Counted from the stretch's first letter, positions 1-13,905 are shown. The stretch: DNA of 64,000 nucleotides from Hemiscyllium ocellatum (GCF_020745735.1 NW_026867551.1:369983-433982); one strand, 5' to 3'. Numbers and translations: made by a program. The notes: a model not told the origin generated them from the letters alone.

Positions 1-479
1 AGGTCCAGGTGGGTTCCCTCCCATGATGGTGTTGGGGGCAATTCAATAATATGCCGAGGTCTTATTTCTCATATTTGGCCTCATGTGAGGTTCGAGACAA
101 CTGAAGAATGACAAATGATTTCTTTGTTTGTTTAAGAAGCGAAACAGAGTTAATCTGGATAATTATTCTGAAGTTTGTGAGGCTAATGTCAGCGATGGAA
201 AAGCTGTTGCAGAACAGACTGTATGACCGAACATATTCACATTCGGAAGTAAATCGTCTTCTTTGAAATAGGGAGCATGGACTTTTAGCGAAAAATTCAT
301 CTCTCCCCAAGTTGATTTTATTTTCATGAGGAGGAGACAAGACTGTTTGAGTAGGGAAGGGCTGTGGATGTTTTCCACAAGGAGTTTGCTAAGGCAATGG
401 TCAATACTCCTGCAGTTTCCGTTGGTTTGCTTTGAACCTGAAATGTTTTCCGCTGTTGTTGATTCTGCTCTTTATTTGA

Positions 480-3400
480 AACCAATGAAGCATTTATGAA
501 TATAGGTCCAGACGTCGAAGTACTGGATTAGATAATTGAATGAGATGATGAAAAGAGGCGTTTCTGTGTATACAGCACAGCATTAGTAGAGTCATCTGTG
601 CACATATATGTGTTAACTGATTTCTCCTAGACATGCTGTTAACAATTTTTGCTGTTGCACGGAAAAAAAAATCAAAGATAGCGTCAAGCAAACATCTTAG
701 TGACACAGCAAATGTTTGGTTGATGATTACTGTACCTCATACATATTTTTCATTCGTACTGATTTGAGTCCTGATTCCTCCTTCTATAAAATTGAGCCAT
801 TGTATTTTTTTCTATAACCTGATCTTAATTTGTATTTTTGGCGCACGAGGGATACAGAAAAAAAACAACTGGTTACTGAGACTTGCTGGATGCTTAATTC
901 GGGAGCCAGGATATACGGAAGAGTTATATGACCTCTATTGTATTATTCTACGCAGTTCATTGTGGTTTCTTTTATTTCTGGACAAGAACTGGGATTGCTG
1001 GATAGGATAGAGAATTGATTGCAGTTCATTGTATGTTATCAAGTGCGTTCAGAGGATCTTGTTTTTAGGCAGGCTGGAGGCAAGTTTTCGTCTCACCAAA
1101 TACCAAGCTGCACCAGCTCTGGAGTTTCAATTTGGAACAAACAAGAGTAAAATTCACTCTGAAATTAAGATGTGCAGATACGCTCTGGGTGGTTTTATTT
1201 AATTGTGTACGTTGAAAAGTGTTTTGCTCTTTATCTTATTGGTATTTGACAGACACTGAGTATTTTGTTGTTGCTGTTTTAGAATATAAGAAGTTGGTAG
1301 CACAAGTACCCAAACTCCTGGATAACTACCCAGATTTTAAAAGTCATCCGAAGTTTCAAAGGAACAGATGTCAAATAAGTTTATTTGAATTCCAGAAGCC
1401 AATGTTTAAATAATTATTCATGTAAGCCGGGAGAGGGATTTCTGGAAGTGTAATGTTGCCGTGTCCATCAATACCTTTTTGGCGGGGACTCAGCGCGGGA
1501 GAAGGATTCATTTACTCCCCTTTCAATTCTATTTCGATTCGTTCCCTACCCTCCACTAAGCTTTTCACGTCGGCTTTGCCCCTACCTGGCTGTGCTTAAT
1601 ACGGGGTCCCTGGACACATGGCTGGAAAACAGTAATATGTTGAGATTGTTAAAAAATGTAACCAGTGACTGAATCCGAGATGGTTGGCCACAGCGAGTGT
1701 AGCGTTGGGAAAAAAAATGAAAAGCGGGAGATGATGGAACAAACATTTTTTTCACAAATCGTTCAGGTTCCCTGTGAAACAAATATGGATTCTGAATAAA
1801 ATAATGACTTCAAAAGGGAGATACTGCGTTTTAGGAGAAAGTAAGATAAAATATTACGAGTTAAAGATGCATAGAGTTCATGGAGCTGAACACTAACTAA
1901 ATTCAACTTGCACTTTCGTTCGATAAAATCATTGCCAATCTAAACGTAACTTCATTTCCACAGCTACATCCAGCTCAAAATCCGTTGGCTCCTTTGCTTG
2001 TACATCGGTGGGATAGTGGAATGAAGTTTGCTTCTTTCCCAATAACTAGATCTGGCTCGTTCGCCAAAACTAGGTTTTGATATTGTAAAACTGCATAATC
2101 ACTTAAAAGCATAACTATGAGTGAAAACCGTTGTCATTTGCCCGGATGACCCGTCAATTCCAAAATATAAGAAATTGATGAATGCAAAATGGTGACAACT
2201 CCACTTTCTTACCTGCCTAGGTGACCTTGGACTCTCTGACTGCAGGTACAAATTCTATTTCCTAACAATAAAACAACTTCTAGAGCGATAGAACTTTGGT
2301 GTGTTCGTGTTATATTCATTTTATGTGCCGGATCATTTTCATAACGTAAACTGTTACTGCAATTTTGCGTGGCTGTTATATTTACTTCTACAAAATAATC
2401 CCTGTCCCAGTTACTGCCGAACAATTGATTTTTATATTTTACTTCTCTTATGAAATCACGTATGGGAGTAACGTGGAAGTTGTATAATGTTGCCACACGT
2501 GACATCATCTTGATGAAGGGCTTTTGCCCGAAATGTAGATTTTCCTGCTCCTCCGATGCTGCCTGACCTGCCATGCTTTTCCAGCACCACTCTAATCTGG
2601 ACTGTGATTTCCAGCATGTACAGTCCTCACTTTTGCTGAGATGTCAAGGTACCTGGGCAGAAAGGCGTTTAGAGACAAAACAATAAGAGGAACAAGAGTT
2701 ATAAAGTTAATTATTACTTCATAGAATATGAGCAATTTCAAGGAATTACGTATAGTTTATCCTCAATTTTCTCATCGTTTAGACTGGGACACAAAGGATT
2801 GAGTCAACTGTTCAAGAGCCTTTGACGATTCGTTCTCTTGTCTCGTTCTGCTTTCTTTCTTGATGTCACCGCCACACACAGCATTGCTGCTGTTGAAAAT
2901 ACAGTCTCTCCGACGACTCTGGACATGTAACCGGGCAGGATTCACTCATACGTCTCGCTGAGATACCGCCATAAAATGTCGAGACACCAGCCAATATCCC
3001 ACTGAGAGGTCAGGCTGACAGCCACTGAGAGATCAGATTGGAACACACCACGACTTGGCGAGAGACCAGGCTGAGAGACACAAGGAGACCAAGCAAAGAT
3101 CCCTCATGAGGCGCAATGAAGCAAGCCTGAAAGCGCCAGGAAACCCAAATACTCTCAAAAAATCAGAAAAAAATCGTGAAAATGAGAAGCAAACAAAGGG
3201 ATTGGAGGAGCTTCAATGGAGCGTCCATCTCCCTTGCTATTTCACGACATTATCACATTTTTCATCCCAAATGAGACTCCTGACTGCCATATTGTGAGGA
3301 GCGAAGGGGTAATGGGGGATAATAGCTGAATATTTTGGGTCTCATCCAAGTACCTTGAGGATTTTCTGGTTTGATAACCTTAGACTGAGTTATTTGAACT

Positions 3401-4190
3401 CCAGTAACTAGAGTCATCTGAACTATTTTGTTCATTCCGACTTCCAATCCAATCCCCAATTTCAAACCTCTGTGAACAAAATTGGAAAAATGGACTTCTG
3501 CCATCTGTTCCGTTCCATGAATGGCAAATGCACAGATTAACTAACATTGAATCTAATGCAATACAAATGATTCGTTATTTTGCCTTGAGATCTGCAGGGA
3601 TTTTTTTTTCTTCACAACTTAATATGTTGAGGGAACGTTTAAGTGCATGTGAAGTAATACCTCGCTTCCTGCCATGAAAACTAGGAAGATTTATCTGTTG
3701 GCCAAATGTTACAAACGAAAAATGGTAAATATGGACATTCGTGCATGGCATTGAAGGATTAGTTTGAAAAAAAAACATATTTTTCCTCGTTTAATTGGCT
3801 GTGTCAAATTCGATCACATAACTAATATCAGGTGATAAAGTTGATTGATGCAATACCGTTACTTTCTCCCATAATTCAGAAATATAAAGCCCCCGGGGAG
3901 TCAAGACAGAATCTTAACTGGAACTACTTTTTTTCTCTCTCATGTTTAGTATAAGAGACAATCTTGCTGTGCATGTTTACATTCATGCGACGTTTTGAAA
4001 CAAAAATGTGTTAATGTTTTTAACAGAGACCATGGATATCTTGCCATCTGGATTTTCCACATGCATCATTCAAATCCATTTCAAAGTGAAATCTTATTAA
4101 AGTAAGTTTTTGCTGCTTGTAGACAAGGGGAAAACCAGAGACATGATCTCTCTCACAAGTGGCTGCCATGAATTTATGAAGCGGTGTTGT
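480..4190. repeat. Segmental duplication unit A (partial, no receptor)
   Basis: Colinear diverged matches: 487 atgaagcatttatgaatata ~ 27133; 1101 taccaagctgcaccag ~ 27813; 4153 tcacaagtggctgccatgaattt ~ 14647 and 33976. Confidence 0.8.
2510..2636 (+). mobile_element. Single-arm copy of the same Penelope-derived repeat
   Basis: ttgatgaagggcttttgcccgaaatgtagattttcctgctcc..tccagca..cagtcctcac matches 9525-9645. Confidence 0.8.
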
Positions 4191-4194
4191 GCAT

Positions 4195-4440
4195 CAAGAA
4201 GATTTACTGGGAAGTCTGTTCGGACATTGCTGAGGCCAATTTTAGTACACTGCAGACAGTCGTCATCGCTCTGCTATAAGGAAAACGTTGTTGAACTGGC
4301 AAGTATACAGAAAAAAAACAATCAAATTGGTCATGCCAGACCTGGCGTGTATGAGATATAACAAGTCACTGCACCGGCTATGAATTTTTAATCCTGCAAC
4401 TTCGGAAGCCGAGGGCTGAATTTTTAGAGAACACAAAGTC
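4195..4440 (+). mobile_element. CR1 fragment at the end of unit A homology
   Basis: RTLLRPILVHCRQSSSLCYKENVVELASIQKK resembles CR1 LVRPHLEYCVQ..YRKDV..LERVQ. Confidence 0.7.
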
Positions 4441-5269
4441 AGTACCGTAACCGATAAAGTGACGTGTTGTGGATCAAAATAAAACGCTCAAAATATATTA
4501 AGAGGACAGTCTCGAATACCAGAACGTTTTATTTATTATAAAAGTTAGGTGTTCGTCGTTTTGTTATAGATGCAATTCGATTAGTCAAACGACTGGGTTT
4601 GGTAGAAAACACTTTTTACATACACTTTAAGGAAAATGCGAAGAAAGTACCATTACAATAAAAATATGCTGATTTTACTGTAGCTCTATCGATATCCTCA
4701 ACACAATAATAGATGAACGGCCACTAATTAACTGTTGCAATATAGTAAGATCACGTAAACACACGCTTGAAAAACGCAGATGCGGCTAAGTCAATTGTCC
4801 CACATGCCACTTTAGAAACTGGAAGAAAATGGCAGATGTAACTTCTAATAGGGAGAGGAAGAAGTCTCCAAAATCCAGTTAAAGATCACAGCGACTGCCA
4901 ACAAATTGAAAAAATATATTGTCCCAGTGGGAGCTTGACCCAACCACTCAGACTGGTGCAATTGAACCAACTTTATCAAAACAACAAGGCCTCACAAGGT
5001 GTTTATTTTATTGACCTTGAAGCAACATCTTCCGTCATTTAAAAAAAGGACGGAATACAATACAGAAAGCCATAGCATCGGCACAATATGCGTGATCTTT
5101 TACCAGGTTTTTGGTGAGTTTGGAGAGATTGACAATCCATAAATTCCCGACATAGTGGAAGAAGGCCATTAGGCCAATCGTGCTAATACTGCCCCTCAAA
5201 GATAATCGCATTCTGATCAACATCGGTCCGCTGTCCTTTTATCCCAGCATTTATTACAAGATTATAAGA

Positions 5270-6210
5270 CAAACAGACATAGAAGCAGAAAATTTACCAT
5301 TCTACCAAACAAGCCTGCTCTACCATTTGATGATAGCTCGTAGGTTTTTGAATCCCAACTTCATGCTTTCTCCCCATAATCGTTCTTCCCCTTGGCAAGA
5401 AAGAACATTTAAAATAAACTCAGTGATTTATCCTCCATAGCCTTGTGTGGAAATGATTTCCATAGACTCGACTCTTTGGCTAAAGAAGTTTCACCCTAAG
5501 TCTGTTATAAATCGTCCTCACTGTATTCTTACTTTGTGCCCTCGGCTTCTCATCTGTCCTGGAAATGGAAGTATGTTCCAGAAATCCTGTCCGACCAGGC
5601 CGCTCAATATTATGTCAGTTTCAATAAAATGCGTCTTCTTCCTTTGAAACGCTATGGGCATCATTCCAGATCTGTCAAACGATCGCCTCATGTTAAGCTT
5701 GCCATTCCTGGTATTATTCTGGTGAAGCTTCTGTGGACGCGCTTCAGTATGTCTGGATTCCTCCAGAGGTAAGGGGGCCAAGACTGCACGCAAGACTAGA
5801 AATGTGGACTGACTGGAGCCTGATGAATCGTCAGAAGCACATACTTTTTTTTTTACATTCTGTCCCACTAGTGGTCTTTACTTTCCTAACTACCGACTTA
5901 ACCTCCACGTTCACTTTAAGAGAAACGTCGACTCGGACTCCCATTTCACGGTTAAATTGCAACTGAGGAAGAACATTTCACAGAGATTTTGGTTCAAATG
6001 TGGAATGAGATGCCGAAGAAGTAGGAGAAGCGATCTCAATTACAGTTGTATTAAGAAATTGAATACGTACTTGAATAGGAAATGTTTATAGTGACATGGA
6101 CAACCACAGGCTGATGGGACTAATTCCGTTCAACACACCTGGATGGCATGGGCCAGTTGAAGCAAAAGAGTGTGTTTTACATTCAGTATGACTCTGTGTC
6201 TATGAACGAA
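5270..6210. mobile_element. CR1 3' fragments (- strand ~5270-5830, + strand ~5960-6210)
   Basis: Typical CR1 3' ends (ttcacagag..tggaatgag; tatgactctgtgtctatga tail). Confidence 0.65.
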
Positions 6211-7957
6211 TTCACATTAACTCTCCAGGAGTATGCGAGTCATCTGCTGACCGATACAGCTTGTTTTAAAATCATACCTCCAGAATGACTTGAATGTGAG
6301 CTATAAAGTCCATGCATAATGGGCAATTAGTGCATTAAACAAACTCGACTGAACTTCCTGTTGCGACCACCAATTATCTGTTTTGAAATAAAAAATGGAC
6401 ACAATGACATGTATCTTCTACCATAAAACAGTAACATTATAATTTGATTGATTAACAAGGCAGAGATCCATTTAACGTGGAAAAAATACATAGCCCACTG
6501 GAAAATGTATATGCATGCCTCTTTTTAAATCACTTTCTGACTATCTCATTTCAAAAAGCCCATTCGCAGATCTACCCAGAATGAATCTGCCATTTACTGT
6601 ATAAAACTAAGCAATATAATATGAATATATGTTTTCCACAAATTGGAAACTGTCTGTAGTTAGACATGATCAGGAATTGAAGAATGAATATTATAGCCAC
6701 TTTGGCGACCTTCAATGAATGGCAATAGACACTCAATTGGCCGAGATTTAAAACAGGATAATAGCCATTCTTGTAACTTGGCTCGTGCAATCAGAAAAAG
6801 GACGACTGCAATTTACATGCACACTGAAGAAATCTAATCTGCACTTGTGCTGAAAACGAATAATCTGAATGGGGGTGGAATATTTTTTGGAGAAGCAGAA
6901 TGAAGACGTATATCAAATATGTCATAACATTATTCTATTATAGAATTATTCAAGGATCTCGCAGGATTTCCTGTCATTTTCTTTTCGTCTTGTCTGCAAG
7001 ACTCAAATGCGCATCGTGTTTCATCCGAATCATCATCTAAAAACCTCATTCACCTAATCTCTTCTAACTGCTCAAATTTTGATCAGCAGACTCCAAAAGA
7101 CTTTATCAGTGTGAACATGTTGTGCAGGGAGAACAACCAATAAAACGGAGCGAAAATTGTCAGGTTAAACTTTTTCTTTGTCTGTCTTGACAAAAAGGTG
7201 CGCTCAATTTGTTGTTAGATTTGACTGAAGTTTGCAAGATCGACCTGCTCAATACTGAATCCTTTTACTTGGCATCATCACTACTTGTGTAGAAAAGGAG
7301 AGAAAGTCTTCAGAATTGTGGTAATTTATGCAGTTACTTCTTGCTTTATTCCACGACGTCTGAGTAATTTATATCAATTTAATATTCTAATTTTGTTTTT
7401 TACATGTTTTACATCAAACGTGTTGTGATAACAAAATGAAATAATTAATCTTGACGCCGATTAAGATTTCGAAAATTTTGACATTTATGAGTTTGTATTC
7501 CAGTTCATGTAGGAGAGTGGTCAAGCTCATCTTTAAGACTCATTGCATAAATCTGGACAAGGGGTGACAGATTTCTGTCAACTGTCAAAATTGATGATGA
7601 TGAATGAAGAAAATGCATAAACAGATTTGACTGTGAACAAGAAATGGCTGGTATTAAAAGCGATTCAACATAGTTTCCACAAGAATACAAACCTTGAAAC
7701 AAACTCAATCTATACTGTCAATCAGGACACATTAGTTTTAAGGTTGTTTTATCTGAAAGTCCTGACCTAGAACGAAGGCAGAAAATATATCTTAGGACGG
7801 AGTGTAATTTCAAAGGCATCAAGTAATGAGCACGAGTTGAAAAAGAGATAGAAAACAGAATATGAACTCAAAATAGCAAGACATCAGTACAGACGGTCCG
7901 AAATGTTAGAAGTATAAATGGAAATACTAAAACGAATTAATTCAGATACATCAGAGT

Positions 7958-8290
7958 GGCACTGTGGCTAAGTGGTTAGCACTGATGCCTCACTGGACCA
8001 GGAACATAGGTTTAATTCCAGCCTTGGGTGACTGGCTGTGAGGAGTTTGAACAGTCTTGCTCCGCCTGCACACGTGTCTGCTAGGTGCTCTGGGTTTCCA
8101 CCACGGTCCAAAGATCTACAGGTGAAGTGGTTTGACCAAGCTAAATTCCCCACAGCTTGCAGCGATGCGCCGCCTCGCAGCGTTAACCATGGTAAATACA
8201 GGGACGGGATGGGGAGTGTATGAATAGGGTTTTCAGAGGATCTGTGTAGACTCCATGGGCCGGATGGTCTGCTTCCATGATGTCAGGAGT
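7958..8290 (+). mobile_element. tRNA-derived SINE (HE1/V-SINE type)
   Basis: A box tggctaagtgg, B box ggtttaattcc, central gtgaggagtttg..ggtgctctgggtttcc..ccaaagat, CR1-like 3' tail. Confidence 0.85.
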
Positions 8291-8574
8291 CGATGAACTG
8301 CGTGACAGTCACAGCAGAAGGTTGATAAGAGAGAATGACGTATATGTCTGTTGGTTGAATCCTGCTGGAGATGACAGAAATGGTGGCTAATAATCCTGAA
8401 AGAAAATGCAAACCATACTGAACACATCTGTTACTATTGGTCAGGAGAGCGTCAGACACATTTTTTGTTGATCTTTGGCTGGACCAGTATTCTGCCAATT
8501 ATATTTTTAAAAAGGCTCAGTCCAGTACATGAGGACGGTATTCATTCCTTCACCGAAATAATGCATTATGTGAT

Positions 8575-8770
8575 ATCCAGAGGATATGTTGGATACTGGT
8601 ATATTTGCAACATTTAAGAGACATTTGAAAGGGTATATGAATATGATGAGTGTGGAGGGATATGGGCCAGGTGCTGGCAGTTGGGAATAGATTGGGTTCT
8701 GACATTTGATTGGGATGGACAGGTTGGACCTAAGGTTTTGTTTCCATGCTGTGCATGTCTATGATTCTAA
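8575..8770 (+). mobile_element. CR1 3' end fragment
   Basis: catttaagagacatttg..gagggatatgggccaggtgctggcag..ctgtgcatgtctatgattct. Confidence 0.75.
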
Positions 8771-9414
8771 CTGCTAGTAGAAGCTTGCTTTGTGCACGTC
8801 ACCAACCTTAGTGCAGGCGTATAGAATGCAGAAAAGGCACGTACTTCGGACGAGGCCAGACCCCTTCGAAACACTTACAGAAAATAACCCTGTCCTTAAC
8901 CTTCCTAGTTTTGTTCAGCAGATGTTAAGCAGATTTTGCAAGAGTGTTGCAACTTACCAATCCACTCAGTTTTACAGAAAACAGAACTCATTTGCAAGTT
9001 TCCACAACGAAACACAAACAAAAGAGAACAGTATATAGAATAAGTAAGCTATTCGAAAAGGCTATCCAAAGTAGTGATGCATTTCCAACTACTTGCAACG
9101 ATCTCCAAAAACATCTAATGACAATAAACGGAAAAAATTAAAAACAAATCTTACAGGAGAGATGTGAAAGGCAGGGAGGATTAGCATGCACCAGTTTCTT
9201 TGTGTTCAGCAGCTGCACAACTGAGTGCTTGTCAAAACGACTTGAAACCACAGAAAAGCTGATCGGGAAGAACTGGTCACTCCTCTTTCTTTCGACATGT
9301 GTTTTCTTTTGAACTTGAAAGATTTTCAAGTGGATTATCTCCAGACATTTTGGAACCAGTGTCTTTATGAACTACTGAAAAATAAACCAGGATAACGTAA
9401 CCTTGTTAAAGGAA

Positions 9415-9651
9415 TCTAGATTAGAGTGGTGCTGGAAAAAGCAAAGCAGAACAGGCAATTCCGAGGAGCAGAACAATCGGCGTTTCTGGCAAAAGCCCTT
9501 CATCAGGAATGATGCCCTTCATTTCTGATGGAGGGCTTTTGCCCAAAACGTCAGATTTCCTGCTCGTAGGATGCTGCCTGACCTGCTGTGCTTTTCCAGC
9601 ACCAATCTAATCTAATCTGTGACCTCCAGCATCTGCAGTCCTCAGTTATGA
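9415..9651. mobile_element. Older palindromic Penelope-derived element with two divergently oriented hammerhead-like cores
   Basis: About 95-bp inverted arms at 9417-9511 and 9520-9614. Cores: cctgatgaagggcttttgccagaaacgcc (- strand) and tctgatggagggcttttgcccaaaacgtc (+ strand). Confidence 0.8.
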
Positions 9652-12389
9652 CTTGTTAGAGCAGCACATTGTCACACACGTCAATATCATAAGCACATTG
9701 TGAGATATTTGCAAGATCTTAGAAGAATAATAGAAATGCAAAAGCTTGAAAATATTCACGATATAAAATGCAAACTTTGATGCCTTCAAAATTATGAGAT
9801 TTTATTTGCTTCTGTCCATTAGAATCTCAACCAATTGCCATTCCTTGGCGTATTGACCTCATTTGAGATGCTTCATTGATTATATTCAAGAGACATGCAA
9901 AACAGAATTCTAAATTCAGAAATATTTGGAACAGTTCTTGCAAGTAATGCCCTGGAAGCGTCTTCATATTTAGGAAATAGGTCAATATTCCTTACGTAAT
10001 CCTTCTTTCCATTTGAACTCAGTACATTTTTTCCCGCTATTGGTACTTCTACTCTTTACGTGAAATCAATGAGGTATTCATCAGTATGAATTCAGAAGAA
10101 GAAGTCCAAGATTGGACCATTGAATGAGATAAATAAACTAAATACCTACCAGTAAATAGTGCAGCATTGATAGAGATACCCAATCAAATTTATCAACTGA
10201 TTACTCTCACACATATTTTTCTCAATATTTGCAGTCATACGAAAAGAATAAAAGTTGCTATCTTTATGTAAAGCTAATAAACATGAAGTTTAATCGCAAA
10301 ATGTAGTGTCATAACAAATGCTTCTTTGAGATTTCCTGCACGTCGTCCTTACCTCTCACTCTTTCCGATTTGACTCCTCAGTCCTCCCTCTCTCCAACGA
10401 GCCATTGCAATTACTCGATACACTGATCTATATTTGTAATAGCATATTAACGTTAGACGAATACGGAGATATGACTGGATATTGTGACTATCTAGACAGG
10501 TAATTCGAGAGTCATGTTAGACATGAGTGTTGATTTCACGACCTTCTATACTGTAGAATTCCATGCAGTTTTTCATTTTGCTTTTGTTTATTCCGAACAA
10601 ACGCTTGGATTTTTTTTTGGTGGAACGGTGTGGAGACAATTTTACATGTAACTAATCAAGTTCTGCATCTGGATTAGGAGAATCTGCTTTTCAACAGATT
10701 GCAGGAAAGTTTTCTCTCGTGTCATACACTGATCTGTGTCAACCCTGAAAATTCTAATGGGAAGAAAGAGGAGAAAAACTTAATTTGTGTTGATAGGCTC
10801 TGGGAATTTTTGATTGTATAGTTGGAAAGAGTTTTGTACTGTTCTTTATTTGTGTTCAGCATGCATCAAATATTTTCTTGTTTTTCTGTTTGAGAGTATA
10901 AGGAGATCGAAACATGAATACCCAGACTCGCAAATAACCATCCCCAAATTTTTTTATCATCCAAACTTTCACCAGATTGGATGACAATAGATTATATTCG
11001 AATGCAAGCAGTCTTACATTTTCATTAATTGATAACAGCCGGCAGAGGGTGTCCTTGTATAGGGAGAATGCAGTGTCCAACATTGCCTTTGAGAATGGTG
11101 TGCATAGCGGCATGTGGATTGCTTTACTTCTCTATCCAGTTCAATTTGGGTTTGATGTCTACCCACCCCCCCATCACTTTTTTTATTTTACCTCGGCATT
11201 CCAAATGGTGGGCTCTGCTTTAGAATGGTTCCCTGGTCATCCTATGTCGCTGACTTCAGAATATTAGATATCTCTCAGTTCAGAGGAGTAACTCCCACCT
11301 GACCTCCCACAGTCAGTGTCCTGTGGGACAAAAAAACGAATAAAGACCTGTAGTTGAGGCAACAAATAACTTGAGAAATGGTGAAAATTCTACGTGAAAA
11401 GACGTGTACATTGAATCCAGTATTAAATTGAAAAGGGGAGACCACGTCTTCGGATAAAGTAGGATACAATTCTTCACAAACAATGGAGTTGAGGAAGTTG
11501 AAAGCTGTGTAACCCCAGATTGCATTGCATTTCGGTAATGTCATTGCTGATCTCATGATAATATCAAACTCAGATTTCCAGTCACCTCAACAAATTTTCA
11601 CTTGTGTATAAGTGGCAATTTGAATGAAGGATGGTTGATTTTCCCAATAACAAACTCGGGAACATTTGGTAAAATTATCTTTATTACCTGAACAACTACT
11701 CAGTCTAAAATGCAACTTAATGAGTTGAACAAAAAAAACGATATAAGTTGTATGGCACATTATGCCAGGTTCCATAATTTGAGAAGACGAGGGATGATTA
11801 TGGCTGTGATGGCAATTCCACAATCCTTCCTATCCCGATGCTCTTTGATTCGATGACAGATATCCTGAAGTTGCATTTTTATTTTAAAAAGAACAACTTT
11901 TGGAACAGAGGAACAGTGATCTGTGAATGCACTAAGTTTAAGTGCAATTTCACGACCAAAACTTGAGCAACTCTTTGAATCTTGAAAGGTCATGTCATAC
12001 TTATTGTTGCAAATGATTCCTATTCTAATTCGTGCTGAAAGTTCCATCTTTTTAGATATTAATATCACGAGTCGTCGAGTATTGAAGTTAAGAAAAAGAG
12101 TGAGAATTACCTCATATTTTAACACATGACGCCATCTTAGGTACCAATTACCATGACATTAAAAATCTCAGATAAAAAGTAGTTCGAGAAACAAGAATTA
12201 AAAAGCTAATTATTCCTTCATAGAACATTAGAAACATAATGAAATAAGTAAGAATTTACGTGAAAATATCGTAGTTACAACTCGGATGATAAAGGAATAA
12301 GTTGAATTTTCAATAGTCCTTGATGATTCCTCAGCTTATCTCGGTCTGCTGTCTTTTTCTCGACACAGCCCCATACATACCCGTAACTA

Positions 12390-12968
12390 CTGCTGAAACT
12401 TCAGCTGAGATACTGCCATGAACGGCTGAGTGATCAGCTGAGAAACTGTCGAGAGACCAGGCTGAGAGCTACCATGAGCCAATGAAGACCTGCCGGCCAA
12501 GAGAAACCAAAACTCCATGCTAAGCTCCACCATGAGCTGCGGAGAGAAAAGGCTGAAAGTGCTATGAACTGCTGAGAACAGGTTGAGAACGCTACAAGCC
12601 GCCGAGACGAGAGGCCGGAGCATCCATGAGCACCCGAAACAACAGACTGAGACCGCCATGAGCTGCTGAGAGAGCAGGCTGAGACGGCCATGACCCGCGA
12701 AGTAAACGGCCTGGGAACGGCCATGAGCCACCGAGAGAACAGGCGTCAACTGCCATGAGCTGCTGACACAAAGAGTTTGGACAGACAAGAGCTGCTGAGA
12801 GACAGGGCTGGGAGCATATATGACCTGCTCAGATGCCAGGCTGGGAGCAGCCATAAGCCACGTGAAACCAGGCTGGGAGCGGCAATAAGCCACGGGAAAG
12901 GTCTCGGCATGAGAAGTTGGAACCACCACGAGGCCCACAGAAGCCTGGTTGAGAGCGGCCCAGAGACA
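12390..12968. repeat. Degenerate ~32-33-bp GC-rich minisatellite (~17 units); shorter paralogous arrays at ~2950-3150 and ~29530-29710
   Basis: Units like ccatgagctgctgagagagcaggctgagacgg; ccatga recurs at 12625, 12656, 12688, 12721 and 12753. Confidence 0.8.
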
Positions 12969-13729
12969 AAAGGGAAACAAAAAAGAAAGTAAAAGAGCAG
13001 GAATGGGGGAAAGAAATAAAACAGGTTCATGGGAGCTTCCGTCGGGGCGTCCTGCTCCTCCATTATTCCTCTCGATTATCAATTTTTTTTAGGCAGTGAG
13101 ACTGCTGTGACTGTCACGTTGTGAAGCTAGAAAGAAGGATCCCCACTTTGACGGAGTGAGATCGTTCATGACAGCTAAACGTCCTTCGCCCCATCACACT
13201 GCCCCGTGGATTTCCTGTTTTCATGAACCGGGAATGAATTGTTTGACCACCAACAGCTGCAGTCATCTGAGGTATTTTACTACTTTGAACTTTCCAAACT
13301 CTTCCTCAGTTCGAAACTTGCACAAAACAATGGAGAAATGGACTGCTGCAATCGATTGGAGTCCATGAAATGCAAATATCACAGCTTAATTGAGCTAGAA
13401 TGTAACTTAGTACAAACATTTCTGTGTTTTGCTATGAGATCTGTTGGAAGATTTTTTGAAAAAACTATATGACAGTGAGAGAAAGCTTTCAGTGCATTCG
13501 AGGCAACACCACACTTCATGTCAAGAAAATTACGAAGGTTTATCCTTCTGCCAAACACAAGTTGCGAAAACAGTACTTGAAATGTGTATATGCTTGGAAT
13601 GACATTAATGCATTGGAAAAGGTTGCATGTTCTTACTCCTTTTTTTGGCTGCGTCAAATTCCAAAACATAATTAATTGTCGGTGACACAGCTGACTAATG
13701 CTTAGTTAGGGGAAAGCCTAATGTCATTG

Positions 13730-13905
13730 GCCCCCGGCGTTCGTCTAACAGGTTTATTTGAAATTGCAAGCTTTCTGAGCTCCCGCTTCTTCCTCACAAA
13801 TTTAGCTCCCAAAGCTAATGATTTCCAATAAACCTGTTGGACTATACCCTGGTGCTAAGCGATATTTGACTTTGTGAATCAGTGTCCATCACCAGAACCT
13901 CCACA
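13730..13905. mobile_element. Short palindromic Penelope-derived element (second family), degenerate
   Basis: Inverted arms gtctaacaggtttatttgaaattgcaagcttt / aaagctaatgatttccaataaacctgttggac; tail ending cctccacat matches the reverse of 23012-23060. Confidence 0.6.

Noticed and set aside
7958-8030. tRNA-like A and B boxes (also at 23803 and 46395)
   Set aside because: SINE heads continuing into SINE body and LINE-like tail; no cloverleaf.
12387-13082. 231-aa ORF
   Set aside because: Arises from the ~32-bp minisatellite; no domain recognised and not kept in the paralogous units.
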